This document shows positions 9,507 to 19,492 of a DNA stretch of 59,823 nucleotides, one piece after another (position 1 is the first letter of the stretch; every line of letters starts with the position of its first letter). The stretch is taken from the NCBI GenBank assembly GCA_965223505.1, contig CBDCWP010000017.1:1-59823 (forward strand), given 5' to 3'. Under the pieces are notes generated by a model. It was not told where the DNA came from. It worked only from the letters and a program-made list of their open reading frames with translations, and ran no database searches. The translations under genes were made by a program, and so were the position numbers. This DNA comes from Planctomycetota bacterium. GTDB taxonomy: Bacteria > Planctomycetota > PLA2 > JAEUHO01.

Positions 9507-10685
9507 TCAGAGCATCTCGATGTTCGGAGCGATCGTCTCGCGGTCGATGCCGTCGAACGCCTCGGCAACGAGCGCGTCCCAGTCGAGTGGCGCCTCCATC
9601 TCCTGGACCCGATCCAGCTTCGACGTCGTCGCGGGATGGTCGGCGATGAGGAAAGAGCAGCAGTCGTCGTGGGGACGAATCGAGATGTCGTACGTACCGA
9701 TGCGTCGTGCCCGCTCCGTGATCTCGACCTTGTCACTCCCGCAGAGCGGCGCGTACACCGGCAAGTCGGCTGCGGCATGGATCGTGCGCAGGTTCTCCGC
9801 GGTCTGGCTCGCGACTTGACCAAGACTGTCGCCCGTCACGTAGCCGAGCGCGCGCTCGTCCTTCGCGATGCGCGCGGCGATCCGAAACATCGCGCGACGA
9901 TAGACGATCATGCGGTACTCGGCCGGGACTTGGCCGACGATGGCCCGCTGACACGCTTCGAACGGAACGACGAGCAGCGGCACGGTCCCCCCCGCCCACG
10001 CAAGCGTCCCGCAGAGGTCCTCCAGCTTCTCCAGCACCGCCGTGCCTTCGTGCGTTCGGTTGTGGAAGTGCACCGCGCTCACGCGCGCGCCGCGACGCAT
10101 CATCTTCCAGATCGCGACGGGCGAGTCGAGGCCGCCGGAAAGGAAGCCGAGCAGCCGCGACGTGCTGCCCACCGGAAGTCCGCCGGGCCCCTGCACACGT
10201 TTCGCGCCGACCATCGTGCGATCCGACATGACGTGGACGCGCACCGTGACGTCGGGATCGTGCACGTCGACGGGGCGCCGGGTTTCCGCGACGCAGCGCC
10301 CGGCAACGGCACGCGAGATGTCGATGGACGTCATCGGAAACCCCTTGAACGCGCGCTTCGTCTCGACCTTGAACGTGCCGTCTGGGGCGTCACGGAGCAT
10401 CGCGACCGCGGCATCCTTGATCGCTTCGATCTCCGTCGCGACGCCGATGGTCGGCGACGCGTTGGCGACGCCGGGAATGCGCGTCACGACCCGCATGGCG
10501 AGGTCCGCTTGCGACGCATCGTCGCACTGAATCGAAAAGCGGTTGTGGACGAACGACACCTTGGCGGCGACGCCGGCGGCCTCGAGGCCGTTGCGCAGAC
10601 GGTCGCCGAGGCGGCGTTCGAACTGATGCCGGTTGCCCGCTTTCAATCCGATCTCGGCGTAGTGAACGAGGATCGCGTGCTTCAT
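9507..10685 (-). CDS. thiI: tRNA 4-thiouridine synthase ThiI (THUMP + PP-loop, no rhodanese domain)
   Basis: HYAEIGLK..NR..FE, GPGGLPVG, LSGGLDSPVA, TGDSLGQVASQT and DDCC motifs. Confidence 0.95.
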   Translation of the reverse strand: MKHAILVHYAEIGLKAGNRHQFERRLGDRLRNGLEAAGVAAKVSFVHNRFSIQCDDASQADLAMRVVTRIPGVANASPTIGVATEIEAIKDAAVAMLRDAPDGTFKVETKRAFKGFPMTSIDISRAVAGRCVAETRRPVDVHDPDVTVRVHVMSDRTMVGAKRVQGPGGLPVGSTSRLLGFLSGGLDSPVAIWKMMRRGARVSAVHFHNRTHEGTAVLEKLEDLCGTLAWAGGTVPLLVVPFEACQRAIVGQVPAEYRMIVYRRAMFRIAARIAKDERALGYVTGDSLGQVASQTAENLRTIHAAADLPVYAPLCGSDKVEITERARRIGTYDISIRPHDDCCSFLIADHPATTSKLDRVQEMEAPLDWDALVAEAFDGIDRETIAPNIEML

Positions 10686-10698
10686 GCGCGACAGAAGG

Positions 10699-11871
10699 TT
10701 AGTCCTTCTTCTTCGCTCTTGCCCTTTTGATCATCATGGTCCGTTTGGCCTTCTCCTTGTTGGAGATGCCGGCCTCGTTCGGGTCCGGCAGGCCCGCCGC
10801 GGGATCGGCGTCCTCCGCCGGCGCGGCGGCGGCGGGTGCGGCAGCGGCCTTCGCCCGCGCGCGCTTGATCATCATCGTTCGCTTGGCCTTCTCCTTGTTG
10901 GAGATGCCCGGCTCGTCCGGATCGGGCATGCCGGCTGCGGGGTCGGCCGGAGCGGCCGCGGGCGCTGCCGCGGCGCCCTTCGCGCGGGCGCGCTTGATCA
11001 TCATCGTGCGCTTGGCCTTCTCCTTGTTGGAGATGCCCGGCTCGTTCGGATCGGGCAGGCCCGCCGCGGGATCGGCGGCGGGAGCCGCCGCGGCGCCCTT
11101 GGCGCGAGCACGCTTGATCATCATCGTGCGCTTGGCCTTCTCCTTGTTGGAGATGCCCGGCTCGTTCGGATCGGGCATGCCTGCCGCAGGATCGGCCGCG
11201 GCCGGAGCCGCCGCACCGCTCTTGATCGCGCGCATGCGCATGACCGTGCGACGCGCCTTCTCCTTGTTGGAGATGCCGGGCTCGTCCGGGTCGGGCATCC
11301 CGGCGACGGCGGCCGAGGCGCCGGACTTGGCCTTGCGCGCCGCTTCCTTGGCCGCCTTCTCCTTGGCGAGGCGGTCCATGCGGGTCTTCTTCACCGCAGC
11401 GATCTCGTCCGCGTAGGCCTTGGCCTCGCGCGCCTGCGCCTCCTCCGCGAGCGGCCGCAACTCGTCGAGCACGGCCAGCTTCTCGGCGCGGATCGACTGC
11501 AACATCGTGCGCGCCAGGCCCATGTTGGCGGGCAGGTCCGCCAACGCGTTCTCGTAACGCACGACGTCGTCCTCGAGCGCCCCGATCACGAATCCGGCGA
11601 GGTACGGAACCGTCAGGTAGTTGAGGTCGCGGTGCCAGTACGGGAACGCGCCCGGCTCGGGAACGCGATCCAGCGACTCGATGATCTGCGCCAGCATGCG
11701 CGCGTGGCTGCGCTCTTGCCGTCGCGCGTCACGCAGCGAGGTCAGCACGTCCTGATCGCCGTCCGTGACGTACGGCTGCGACTCGAAGACGTACCCGGTC
11801 GCGCTGTAGTACGAACGCGTGAACAGGTCGTTCAGCTTGCCAACCAGGTCGGAAGAGACGGTGATCTGCAT
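10699..11871 (-). CDS. Ferritin-like N-terminal domain protein with five C-terminal Lys/Ala-rich repeats
   Basis: Helical N-terminal domain with ERSH (ExxH-like); five G(M/L)PDP(D/N)EPGISNKEKAKRTMMIKRARAK units. Starts 6 nt after the nuoN stop with a GGAGG RBS. Confidence 0.8.
   Translation of the reverse strand: MQITVSSDLVGKLNDLFTRSYYSATGYVFESQPYVTDGDQDVLTSLRDARRQERSHARMLAQIIESLDRVPEPGAFPYWHRDLNYLTVPYLAGFVIGALEDDVVRYENALADLPANMGLARTMLQSIRAEKLAVLDELRPLAEEAQAREAKAYADEIAAVKKTRMDRLAKEKAAKEAARKAKSGASAAVAGMPDPDEPGISNKEKARRTVMRMRAIKSGAAAPAAADPAAGMPDPNEPGISNKEKAKRTMMIKRARAKGAAAAPAADPAAGLPDPNEPGISNKEKAKRTMMIKRARAKGAAAAPAAAPADPAAGMPDPDEPGISNKEKAKRTMMIKRARAKAAAAPAAAAPAEDADPAAGLPDPNEAGISNKEKAKRTMMIKRARAKKKD
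10702..11304 (-). repeat. Intragenic tandem repeat, 5 units of about 120-138 bp
   Basis: ccttctccttgttggagatgcc core recurs five times at 120-138 bp spacing. Confidence 0.95.
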
Positions 11872-11877
11872 GGACCG

Positions 11878-13350
11878 CTACCCTCCTCCGAAGAACGCGG
11901 GGACCGCGCTCTGCGCCCAGGTCCAGATCTGGTCCCAGAAGACGCCGAAGACGAGCAGCGGCACCACGAGCGCGCCGCAGAACACGCTGTCGACCAGCGT
12001 CATGCGCACCTGGGGCTCGGGCTCGCCTTCCTCCAGGTCGGTCAGCGCCATCAGCTTGATGATGTGCGCGTAGTAGTACAGCGAGATGACGCCGTTGATC
12101 AGCCCGATCACGCCGAGCCACACGTAGCCCTTCGCGAAGACGGCATAGAAGATCTGCAGCTTGGCGACGAACCCGAAGAACGGCGGAAGGCCGGTCAAAC
12201 TGAACAGGATCACGCACAGCGCGATCGTCAGCCCGGCGTTCCGCTTCACGAGTCCGCGGAACGCCGACAGCTCTCCGGTGCCGAGCTCCCGGATCGCGAG
12301 CCCGGCGATGAAGAACGCAGCGATGTTCATGAACAGGTACGCGACCAGATACAAGAGCAGCGCCGCGATGGCGTCCTCCGACCAGATCGAGATGGCGAGC
12401 ATGATGTAGCCCGCGTGCGCGATGCTCGACCAGGCGAGCAGCCGCTTGATCTCCCGCTGCCGAAGCGCCGCCACGTTGCCGAACGTCATGGTCAGGATCG
12501 CGGAGACGGCGACGACCGTGACGAGCGCGTTCGAGTCGGGCAGGAACGTGTGGATGTCGGCGTCGGGCACGTTCGGCACCGTCGCGCCGACGACCCGCAC
12601 GAGCGCGGCGAAACCGGCCGCCTTGCTGGCGACTGCTAGGAAACCGCCGACCGACGCCGGCGCGCCGGCGTACACGTCCGGCGCCCAGAAGTGGAAGGGC
12701 ACGGCCGAGATCTTGAACGCGAAGCCCGCGAACACGAGCACCGACGCGAAGACGAAGATCGGCTGGTCCGCCGCGCCGTTCTGCAGCGCCGCGCCGATGG
12801 CGTCGAGCGACGTGCCGCCGCTCAACCCCACGATGAACGACAGGCCGTAGAGCATGAGGCCCGAAGAGACCGCGCCGAACAGCACGTACTTCATCGAGGC
12901 TTCGTTGGCCTTGAAATCCGCGCGCCGCATGCCGACGAGCACGTAGCTGGGGATCGAGACGGTCTCGAACGCCAGGTACAGGAAGATCAAGTCCACCGAC
13001 ATCGACAAGAGCGACATGCCGAGGACGGCCGACAAGATCAACGTCAGGAACTCGCCGCCGGGGCGACGGAACGCCTCGCCGCGCATCGTGGCCACGATCG
13101 AAAGGAACCCGACGGCGCAGCAGAACACCGTGAAGACGATCCCGAAGTTGTCGACGCGCAGCCCACCCAGCACGACGTCGTCGCTCGGCTCGAGGCCGAG
13201 CGCGGTCAGCGCCGCGCCCGCGAGCGTGGCCAACGCGATCGTCACCGGTCCGCCGGGACGGCGGCCCTTCGTGAGCAGATCGACCACCAGGACGCCGAGG
13301 ATCCCGAGCGTCAGGAGGCAGGCGGGAAGGATGGGAGTGAAGTCAACCAA
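11878..13350 (-). CDS. nuoN: NADH-quinone oxidoreductase subunit N
   Basis: EASMKY, FKISAVPFHFWAPDVY.GAP and KRLLAWSSIAHAGY motifs; operon position. Confidence 0.96.
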   Translation of the reverse strand: MVDFTPILPACLLTLGILGVLVVDLLTKGRRPGGPVTIALATLAGAALTALGLEPSDDVVLGGLRVDNFGIVFTVFCCAVGFLSIVATMRGEAFRRPGGEFLTLILSAVLGMSLLSMSVDLIFLYLAFETVSIPSYVLVGMRRADFKANEASMKYVLFGAVSSGLMLYGLSFIVGLSGGTSLDAIGAALQNGAADQPIFVFASVLVFAGFAFKISAVPFHFWAPDVYAGAPASVGGFLAVASKAAGFAALVRVVGATVPNVPDADIHTFLPDSNALVTVVAVSAILTMTFGNVAALRQREIKRLLAWSSIAHAGYIMLAISIWSEDAIAALLLYLVAYLFMNIAAFFIAGLAIRELGTGELSAFRGLVKRNAGLTIALCVILFSLTGLPPFFGFVAKLQIFYAVFAKGYVWLGVIGLINGVISLYYYAHIIKLMALTDLEEGEPEPQVRMTLVDSVFCGALVVPLLVFGVFWDQIWTWAQSAVPAFFGGG

Positions 13351-13365
13351 GGTTCAGTCGTCCGC

Positions 13366-14937
13366 CTAGCCCACGCCCGTATCGACGACGTGCTGCAGCT
13401 TGTCCATGACGGACACCAACGGATCCACGACCTCCTTGTACATGTCCATGGCGGTGTGCGGGATGACGCCCATGTACAGGGTCACGAGCGCGAGCGGCAC
13501 CAGCACCGCGAGCTCGCGCATCGAGGCGTCGGGGTAGTGCTTCGGATCCAGGTACACCTTGGGCGTCTTGCCCAGATAGACCTTCTGCAGCGTGATGAGG
13601 TAGTACGCCGCGGTGATCACGACGCCGAGCAATCCGATCAGCGCCATGGTCGGGTGCTGACCGACGAACGCGCCGGTGAAGGTCGTGATCTCGGCGATGA
13701 ACCCGCTCATGCCCGGCAGGCCGAGGCTCGCGAAGAACGCGAAGCTCGCCAGAACGAAGTACTTGGGCATCGTCCAGGCGAGACCGCCGAAGCGGTCGAG
13801 GTCGCGATGGTGGGCGCGGTCGTAGATGACGCCCACGATCATGAAGAGCATGGCGCTGATCGTGCCGTGCGCGAGCATCATGTACATCGCGCCGTTGATG
13901 CCGGCGGCGGTGCCGCTTGCGAGGCCCAGCGTCACGAAGCCCATGTGGCTCACGGACGAGTAGGCGATCATCTTCTTGAAGTCGGTCTGCGCCATCGCGA
14001 CGAACGCGCCGTACACGATCGCGATGACCGAAAGCGCGGAGACCATCCACCCCACGTCCACAGCGGCCTGCGGGAAGAATGGATAGGCGATGCGGATCAA
14101 GCCGTACCCCCCCATCTTCAGCAGCACGCCGGCGAGGATCATCGAGATCGGGGTCGGCGCCTCCACGTGCGCGTCGGGAAGCCAAGTGTGAAACGGGAAG
14201 GCCGGGATCTTGATGGCGAACCCGATGAACATGCCGATGAACGCGAGCAAGCCGATCAGCGAGCTGCCGAGAATGCCCTCGCGCGCCGCCAGGATGGCCG
14301 CCTGCTGCTCGGCCGTCGTCTCGGCGGTGATCTCCATCGAGGCCGTGTTGGCGGTCTGCGTCGCGATCTCGGTGATCTCCGGAATGGACCAGGTGCCGGT
14401 CTCGAAGCGCACGAGGATGACGGCCGCGAGCAACAGCACCGAGCCCGCCAGCGTGTAGAGGAAGAACTTGATGGCCGCGTACTGGCGCCGCGGACCGCCC
14501 CACACGCCGATGAGGAAGTACATCGGCAGAAGCATCAGCTCCCAGAAGACGTAGAAGAGGAACAGGTCCATCGCGACGAACACGCCGAGCATGCCCGTCA
14601 AGAGCATGAGGTACATCATGTGATAGCCGCGGGCGCGGTTCTCGATGTTCCAGGACGCGATCGCGCCGACGAACGACACGAACGCCGTCAGCAAGAGGAG
14701 GCTGAGGCCGAGCCCGTCGACCGCCAGGTGGTACTGGATGCCGATGGAGGCGATCCAGTCCGTCGGCCCGTCCGCGAGCTGGTACGTCGACATGCCGTCC
14801 ATTCGTCCCCAGATCATCAGAGTCAGAATCAGGACGGCGGTGCACGTGATGAGATTCACGACGCGCGCCTGCTTCACCGGCACGAACCAGCAGAGCAGCA
14901 TGCCGATCAGAGGTAGAAAGACCGTGAGGCTGAGCAT
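13366..14937 (-). CDS. nuoM: NADH-quinone oxidoreductase subunit M
   Basis: FYVFWE, KFFLYT, FPFHTWLPDAHVEAPT and AYSSVSHMG motifs. Confidence 0.97.
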   Translation of the reverse strand: MLSLTVFLPLIGMLLCWFVPVKQARVVNLITCTAVLILTLMIWGRMDGMSTYQLADGPTDWIASIGIQYHLAVDGLGLSLLLLTAFVSFVGAIASWNIENRARGYHMMYLMLLTGMLGVFVAMDLFLFYVFWELMLLPMYFLIGVWGGPRRQYAAIKFFLYTLAGSVLLLAAVILVRFETGTWSIPEITEIATQTANTASMEITAETTAEQQAAILAAREGILGSSLIGLLAFIGMFIGFAIKIPAFPFHTWLPDAHVEAPTPISMILAGVLLKMGGYGLIRIAYPFFPQAAVDVGWMVSALSVIAIVYGAFVAMAQTDFKKMIAYSSVSHMGFVTLGLASGTAAGINGAMYMMLAHGTISAMLFMIVGVIYDRAHHRDLDRFGGLAWTMPKYFVLASFAFFASLGLPGMSGFIAEITTFTGAFVGQHPTMALIGLLGVVITAAYYLITLQKVYLGKTPKVYLDPKHYPDASMRELAVLVPLALVTLYMGVIPHTAMDMYKEVVDPLVSVMDKLQHVVDTGVG

Positions 14938-14946
14938 GTTCCCGAC

Positions 14947-17016
14947 CTACAAAATCTGTTGGAGAACGAGGGCGAGGGCCACCGCGCCCACGCTCAGAGA
15001 GAGATAGAGACGGACGCGGCCACTCTGGGTGGCGCTGACGCCCGCACCTAGTACCTGCATGATCCAGCCGGTGAACGTCACCAGCCCGTCGACGATCTTG
15101 CTGTCGTGCCAGCCGGAACCCGTGGCCGCCTTGATGCCGCCCTCGCCGATCCGGTTCACTGCGCCGTCGACCCCGTGCTTGTCAACGAATCCGCACAGTC
15201 GCGCCGCGGCGTAGCCCGGCTTGAGGACGGCCTCGCGATACAGCTCGTCGAACCAGAACTTGTTCTGGAAGGCCTTCTCCAGCCAGCCGAAACGGGCCTT
15301 CATCCGCGGCACCCTCGAAGCGTTTCTGAGGAAGACCAGCCAGCCCAGAGCAAGACCGCCCAGGCCGGCGATCACGGCGAGCGCCATCACGAAATTGCTG
15401 TGCTCCTGCCCGACCGACAGGACGGTGCGTCCGGCGGCGTCGCTCTCGACGGCGTCGAGGGCCGCTTGCGCCGCCACCTTGGCGTCACCGTCCGCCACGG
15501 CGACGGCCTCGCGGAGCGCGGGTACGCCCGCTTCGTTGGCGCCCCATGCCGTGAAGTGCGTTCCGTCCCACGTCATGGCGCCCGGGTCGAGCAGCGTCGT
15601 GTGCCAGCCGTAGCCGGCGATCACCGCGAGCACGGCGAGGATCACGAGCGGTGCGGTCAAGGACGGACCGCCCTCGTGCGCGTGGTCGTAGATCTTCTGA
15701 TCGCGCGGCTCGCCAAGGAACGTCATGACGAAGAGTCGCGTCATGTAAAACGCGGTGAGGATCGCCGCCGCGAGACCGACCCAGAACAGCACCGGGAACC
15801 GCGCCCACGCGGCCGAGAGGATCGCGTCCTTCGAGTAGAAGCCCGAGAGGAACGGGAAGCCCGCGATGGCGAGCACGCCGATCGCGAACGTCCAGCCCGT
15901 GATCGGCATCTTCTTGAGCAGCCCGCCCATCTTGCGCATGTCCTGCTCGTGGTGGCAGGCGTGGATGACGCTGCCCGAGCCGAGGAACATGAGCGCCTTG
16001 AAGAAGGCGTGCGTCGTCAGATGGAAGAGGCCCGCGTGCCACGCGCCGCAGCCGAGCCCGAGGAACATGTAGCCGAGCTGGCTGACGGTCGAGTATGCCA
16101 ACACCTTCTTGATGTCGTCCTGCGCGAGCGCGATGAAGCCGGCCATCAGTCCGGTGACCGCGCCGACCGTGGCGACGACGGTGAGGGCGTCGGGCGAGAG
16201 CATCGGCATCATGCGGCCGACGAGGTAGACGCCCGCGGCGACCATCGTGGCGGCGTGGATCAACGCGCTGACCGGCGTCGGGCCTTCCATCGCGTCCGGC
16301 AGCCAGACGTGCAGCGGCGCCTGCGCGCTCTTGCCGATGGCCGCGCAGAACAGCCCGAGGCCCGCGACCGTCAACCACGTGTCGTCGAACGCTCCGTTCG
16401 CGACGGCGGCAAAGATCGCGTCGAATTCGAACGAGCCCACCGCGGCGTAGATCGCCATGATCGCGACCATCATGCCGAGATCGCCGATGCGTGTGGTGAT
16501 GAAGGCCTTGCGCGCCGCGTTCGCCGGATCCGGCTTCTCGCTCCAGAAGCCGATGAGCTTGTAGGAACACAGGCCCACCAGCTCCCAGCCCATGAAGAGA
16601 TGCAGCAGGTTGTTCGCCAGCACCAGAATGAGCATGGCGACGGAGAACATCTGCAGCCAGGCGAAGAAGTTGGCGTACTTCGGATCGCCGTGCATGTACC
16701 CCATGCTGAAGACGTGCACGAGGAAGGCGACGACCGAGACGACGAACAGCATCACGGCCGTCAGGCCGTCGATGTAGATGCCGATGCTCCAGGGCTCCCC
16801 GCCGGCGCCGCCGGGGTCGAACCAGGGGACCGAGACCTCGAACGGCCCTGCCCCGCCCCAGATCCGGATCAGGATGATGATCGAGCAGACCATCGAGATG
16901 CCGATGGCGCCGACCGTCATCCAGTCGCCCTGGCGCGGCAGCTTCCTACCCCAGCAGAACTGGATCACGAAGCCGACGAGCGGCGCGATCAGGATGGTGA
17001 GTGCGAGCTCGGTCAT
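14947..17016 (-). CDS. nuoL: NADH-quinone oxidoreductase subunit L
   Basis: GKSAQAPLHVWLPDAMEGPTPVSALIHAATMV, AYSTVSQLGYM and HAFFKALMFL motifs. Confidence 0.97.
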   Translation of the reverse strand: MTELALTILIAPLVGFVIQFCWGRKLPRQGDWMTVGAIGISMVCSIIILIRIWGGAGPFEVSVPWFDPGGAGGEPWSIGIYIDGLTAVMLFVVSVVAFLVHVFSMGYMHGDPKYANFFAWLQMFSVAMLILVLANNLLHLFMGWELVGLCSYKLIGFWSEKPDPANAARKAFITTRIGDLGMMVAIMAIYAAVGSFEFDAIFAAVANGAFDDTWLTVAGLGLFCAAIGKSAQAPLHVWLPDAMEGPTPVSALIHAATMVAAGVYLVGRMMPMLSPDALTVVATVGAVTGLMAGFIALAQDDIKKVLAYSTVSQLGYMFLGLGCGAWHAGLFHLTTHAFFKALMFLGSGSVIHACHHEQDMRKMGGLLKKMPITGWTFAIGVLAIAGFPFLSGFYSKDAILSAAWARFPVLFWVGLAAAILTAFYMTRLFVMTFLGEPRDQKIYDHAHEGGPSLTAPLVILAVLAVIAGYGWHTTLLDPGAMTWDGTHFTAWGANEAGVPALREAVAVADGDAKVAAQAALDAVESDAAGRTVLSVGQEHSNFVMALAVIAGLGGLALGWLVFLRNASRVPRMKARFGWLEKAFQNKFWFDELYREAVLKPGYAAARLCGFVDKHGVDGAVNRIGEGGIKAATGSGWHDSKIVDGLVTFTGWIMQVLGAGVSATQSGRVRLYLSLSVGAVALALVLQQIL

Positions 17017-17026
17017 GTCCTTCGGA

Positions 17027-17344
17027 CTACCCCTTCAAGCTGTCCATCTGGTCGACGTCGATGCGGTCGCGCGAGTCGAACACCGTGAGAATGATGGCGA
17101 GCGCGACCGCCGCCTCGGCGGCCGCGATGGCGAGCACGAACAGCGCGAAGAGCTGTCCGTTGATGTCGAGCGGACCGAAGCGGTCGAACGCGACGAGGTT
17201 GAGGTTCGCGGCGTTGAGCATCAGCTCGATGCCGATGAGGATCGCGACGGCGTTGCGCCGCGCGAGCACGGTGACCAACCCGGCGGCGAACAGGACGGCG
17301 CCGACGGCCAGATAGCTGGAGAGACCCACCGCCAGCACGATCAC
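17027..17344 (-). CDS. nuoK: NADH-quinone oxidoreductase subunit K
   Basis: IELMLNAANLNLVAF and AAAEAAVALA motifs; GTGA overlap with nuoJ. Confidence 0.95.
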   Translation of the reverse strand: MIVLAVGLSSYLAVGAVLFAAGLVTVLARRNAVAILIGIELMLNAANLNLVAFDRFGPLDINGQLFALFVLAIAAAEAAVALAIILTVFDSRDRIDVDQMDSLKG

Positions 17345-17877
17345 GACCGCCTCCTTCGGGCCAGGTAGGCCGCGCCCACCAGCGCCGCCAACAGCAGCAC
17401 GGATGCGAGCTCGAACGGAATCAGGAACTGATCGGGGTCGAGGAACGCGCGCCCGATGGCCGCCACGGTCGGCTCCGGTTCACCGGGATCTTCGACCGCG
17501 TTGAAGTCGCTCGACCCGATGGCGAGCAGCATCGCGAAGAGGAAGATGCCGCCGGCGAAGATCGCCCAGCCGACGCGCGGCTTGGTCTCGAGGCCGAGCG
17601 CTTCCTGCGTGCGTCCCGTCAGCAGGATGCCGAAGACCAGCAGCACGAGAAGACCGCCGACGTACACGACGATCTGCGCCATCGCCACGAAGTCGGCGCC
17701 GAGCATCATGTAGAGCCCGGCAACGCCGAAGAACGCCGCCATCAGACCGAACGCGGCGTGAACGATCTTGGGCGCGGTGGCGGCGGCGATCGCCGAGATG
17801 ATCGCCAGCGCGGAGAGCGCACCGAAGATGATGCCGGGCAGGTACGGGGTCAGGTCGGGGATCGCCGCGAACGCCAC
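17341..17877 (-). CDS. nuoJ: NADH-quinone oxidoreductase subunit J
   Basis: QIVVYVGG and PFELASVLLLAALVGA motifs; probable GTG start at 17877 overlapping the nuoI stop. Confidence 0.92.
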   Translation of the reverse strand: MAFAAIPDLTPYLPGIIFGALSALAIISAIAAATAPKIVHAAFGLMAAFFGVAGLYMMLGADFVAMAQIVVYVGGLLVLLVFGILLTGRTQEALGLETKPRVGWAIFAGGIFLFAMLLAIGSSDFNAVEDPGEPEPTVAAIGRAFLDPDQFLIPFELASVLLLAALVGAAYLARRRRS

Positions 17878-18383
17878 TACCCATCCCCCTTCGCGCGCTT
17901 CTCGATGTGCGGCCGCACGCCGGCGTTCGGATCCGCGCTCGTCGCGGCGGTGCGCCAGGGCCCCTCGCCGTTCATGAACTCGATCTTGGTGCCGGTGTCG
18001 CGATCGAACGCGGCGAGGTCGTACTGCTGGCCCATGTGGATGCAGTCCACCGGACACGGGTCCACGCACAGCGCGCAGAACAGACACTTCGCGTAGTCGA
18101 TCTCGTAGTGCGTGAGGAACTTGCCGACCTTCGACTTCTTCGTCGGATCGTCCTCGATGCGGATGCAGTCGACGGGGCACGCCTTCGCGCAAAGGAAGCA
18201 GACGATGCACTTCTCCGGCTCGAACTCGTGCAGGCCGCGCTCGTACGGGCTGAAGTAGGTGTCTTCCCCTTCGTCGGGGTACTGGATCGTGGTCGGCTTC
18301 GTCAGGAAGTGCCGCCACGTGAGCTTCATGCCCTTCGCCGTGGTCGTGACGCCGTGCCAGACGTTCTTGAGGTATCCGATCAT
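17877..18383 (-). CDS. nuoI: NADH-quinone oxidoreductase subunit I
   Basis: TIQYP and two CxxCxxCxxxCP motifs; GGAGGT RBS before ATG 18383. Confidence 0.95.
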   Translation of the reverse strand: MIGYLKNVWHGVTTTAKGMKLTWRHFLTKPTTIQYPDEGEDTYFSPYERGLHEFEPEKCIVCFLCAKACPVDCIRIEDDPTKKSKVGKFLTHYEIDYAKCLFCALCVDPCPVDCIHMGQQYDLAAFDRDTGTKIEFMNGEGPWRTAATSADPNAGVRPHIEKRAKGDG

Positions 18384-18385
18384 CG

Positions 18386-19492
18386 TTACCTCCCCGCCAA
18401 CCACTGCGCGAAGGCGCCGTCACCGAGCGCGACGCCGAGCATCACCTGGAGAGCGGCGCCGACGGTGCAGACCACGCTGATCGGTAGCAGGACCTTGTAG
18501 CAGAGGTACATCACGCGATCGATGCGGAAGCGCGGGAGCGACCATCGCACCCAGATCATCACGAACAGCAACGCGGACGTCTTCAGGAAGAGGATGCCGA
18601 AGCCGACCCAGCGCATGCCCGGGCCCGTCAGGTCGATGGGGAAGCCCGGCGACCAGCCGCCCAGGAAGAGTACGGCGGTGAGCATCGAGAACAGGATCAT
18701 CGCGCAGTACTCGGCGAGGAAGAACACGGCGAACCGGAAGCCCGTGTACTCGGTGTGGAACCCCGCCACCAGCTCGGACTCCGCCTCGGGCAGGTCGAAC
18801 GGCGCGCGCTTCAGGCTCGCGAGCGCGGCGGTGAAGAAGACGAAGAACGCGACGAACGCGAACGGGCCGCGGAACACGTACCAGTTGGTGATCCAGCCTT
18901 CCTGCTGCATCACGATGTCGCTCAGGTTCAACGTGCCCGCGAGCACGGCCACCGCCAGCGCGGAGATGCCGAGCGGCATCTCGTAGCTGATCATCTGGGC
19001 GACCTCGCGCATCGAGCCGAGGATGGCCCACTTCGAGTTGCTCGCCCAGCCGGCCATGATGACCCCGACGACCTCGATGCTGGTGATCGAGAGGATCACG
19101 AACAGCGCGATGTTCATGTCGGCCGCGACGAGCCCGTAGCCGAACGGGATCACGGCGAACGCCGTGAACGCGCCCATGAACACGATCAGCGGCGCCGCCA
19201 GGAAGATCGGCTTGTCCGCGGTCGCGGGAATGATGTCTTCCTTGGACAGCAGCTTCAGGCCGTCCGCGAGGAACTGCAGCAATCCCTGGGTGCCGACGCG
19301 GTTGGGCCCGATGCGCGCCTGCATGCGGCCGGCGACGCGGCGCTCCAGCCACACGACCTCGCCCGCGAGCAAGCTCGCGAACACCAGGATGACCTTGCAG
19401 GCGAGGAGGATGCCGACCGTGTAGATCAGCCCCGGCGGCACGGACTGCATCCAGTCGTTGTTCGCGATGAGCGTGTCGAGCCAGGCCTGCAT
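18386..19492 (-). CDS. nuoH: NADH-quinone oxidoreductase subunit H
   Basis: ERRVAGRMQARIGPNRVG, ADGLKLLSKED and PFDLPEAESELVAGFHTEY motifs. Confidence 0.97.
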   Translation of the reverse strand: MQAWLDTLIANNDWMQSVPPGLIYTVGILLACKVILVFASLLAGEVVWLERRVAGRMQARIGPNRVGTQGLLQFLADGLKLLSKEDIIPATADKPIFLAAPLIVFMGAFTAFAVIPFGYGLVAADMNIALFVILSITSIEVVGVIMAGWASNSKWAILGSMREVAQMISYEMPLGISALAVAVLAGTLNLSDIVMQQEGWITNWYVFRGPFAFVAFFVFFTAALASLKRAPFDLPEAESELVAGFHTEYTGFRFAVFFLAEYCAMILFSMLTAVLFLGGWSPGFPIDLTGPGMRWVGFGILFLKTSALLFVMIWVRWSLPRFRIDRVMYLCYKVLLPISVVCTVGAALQVMLGVALGDGAFAQWLAGR

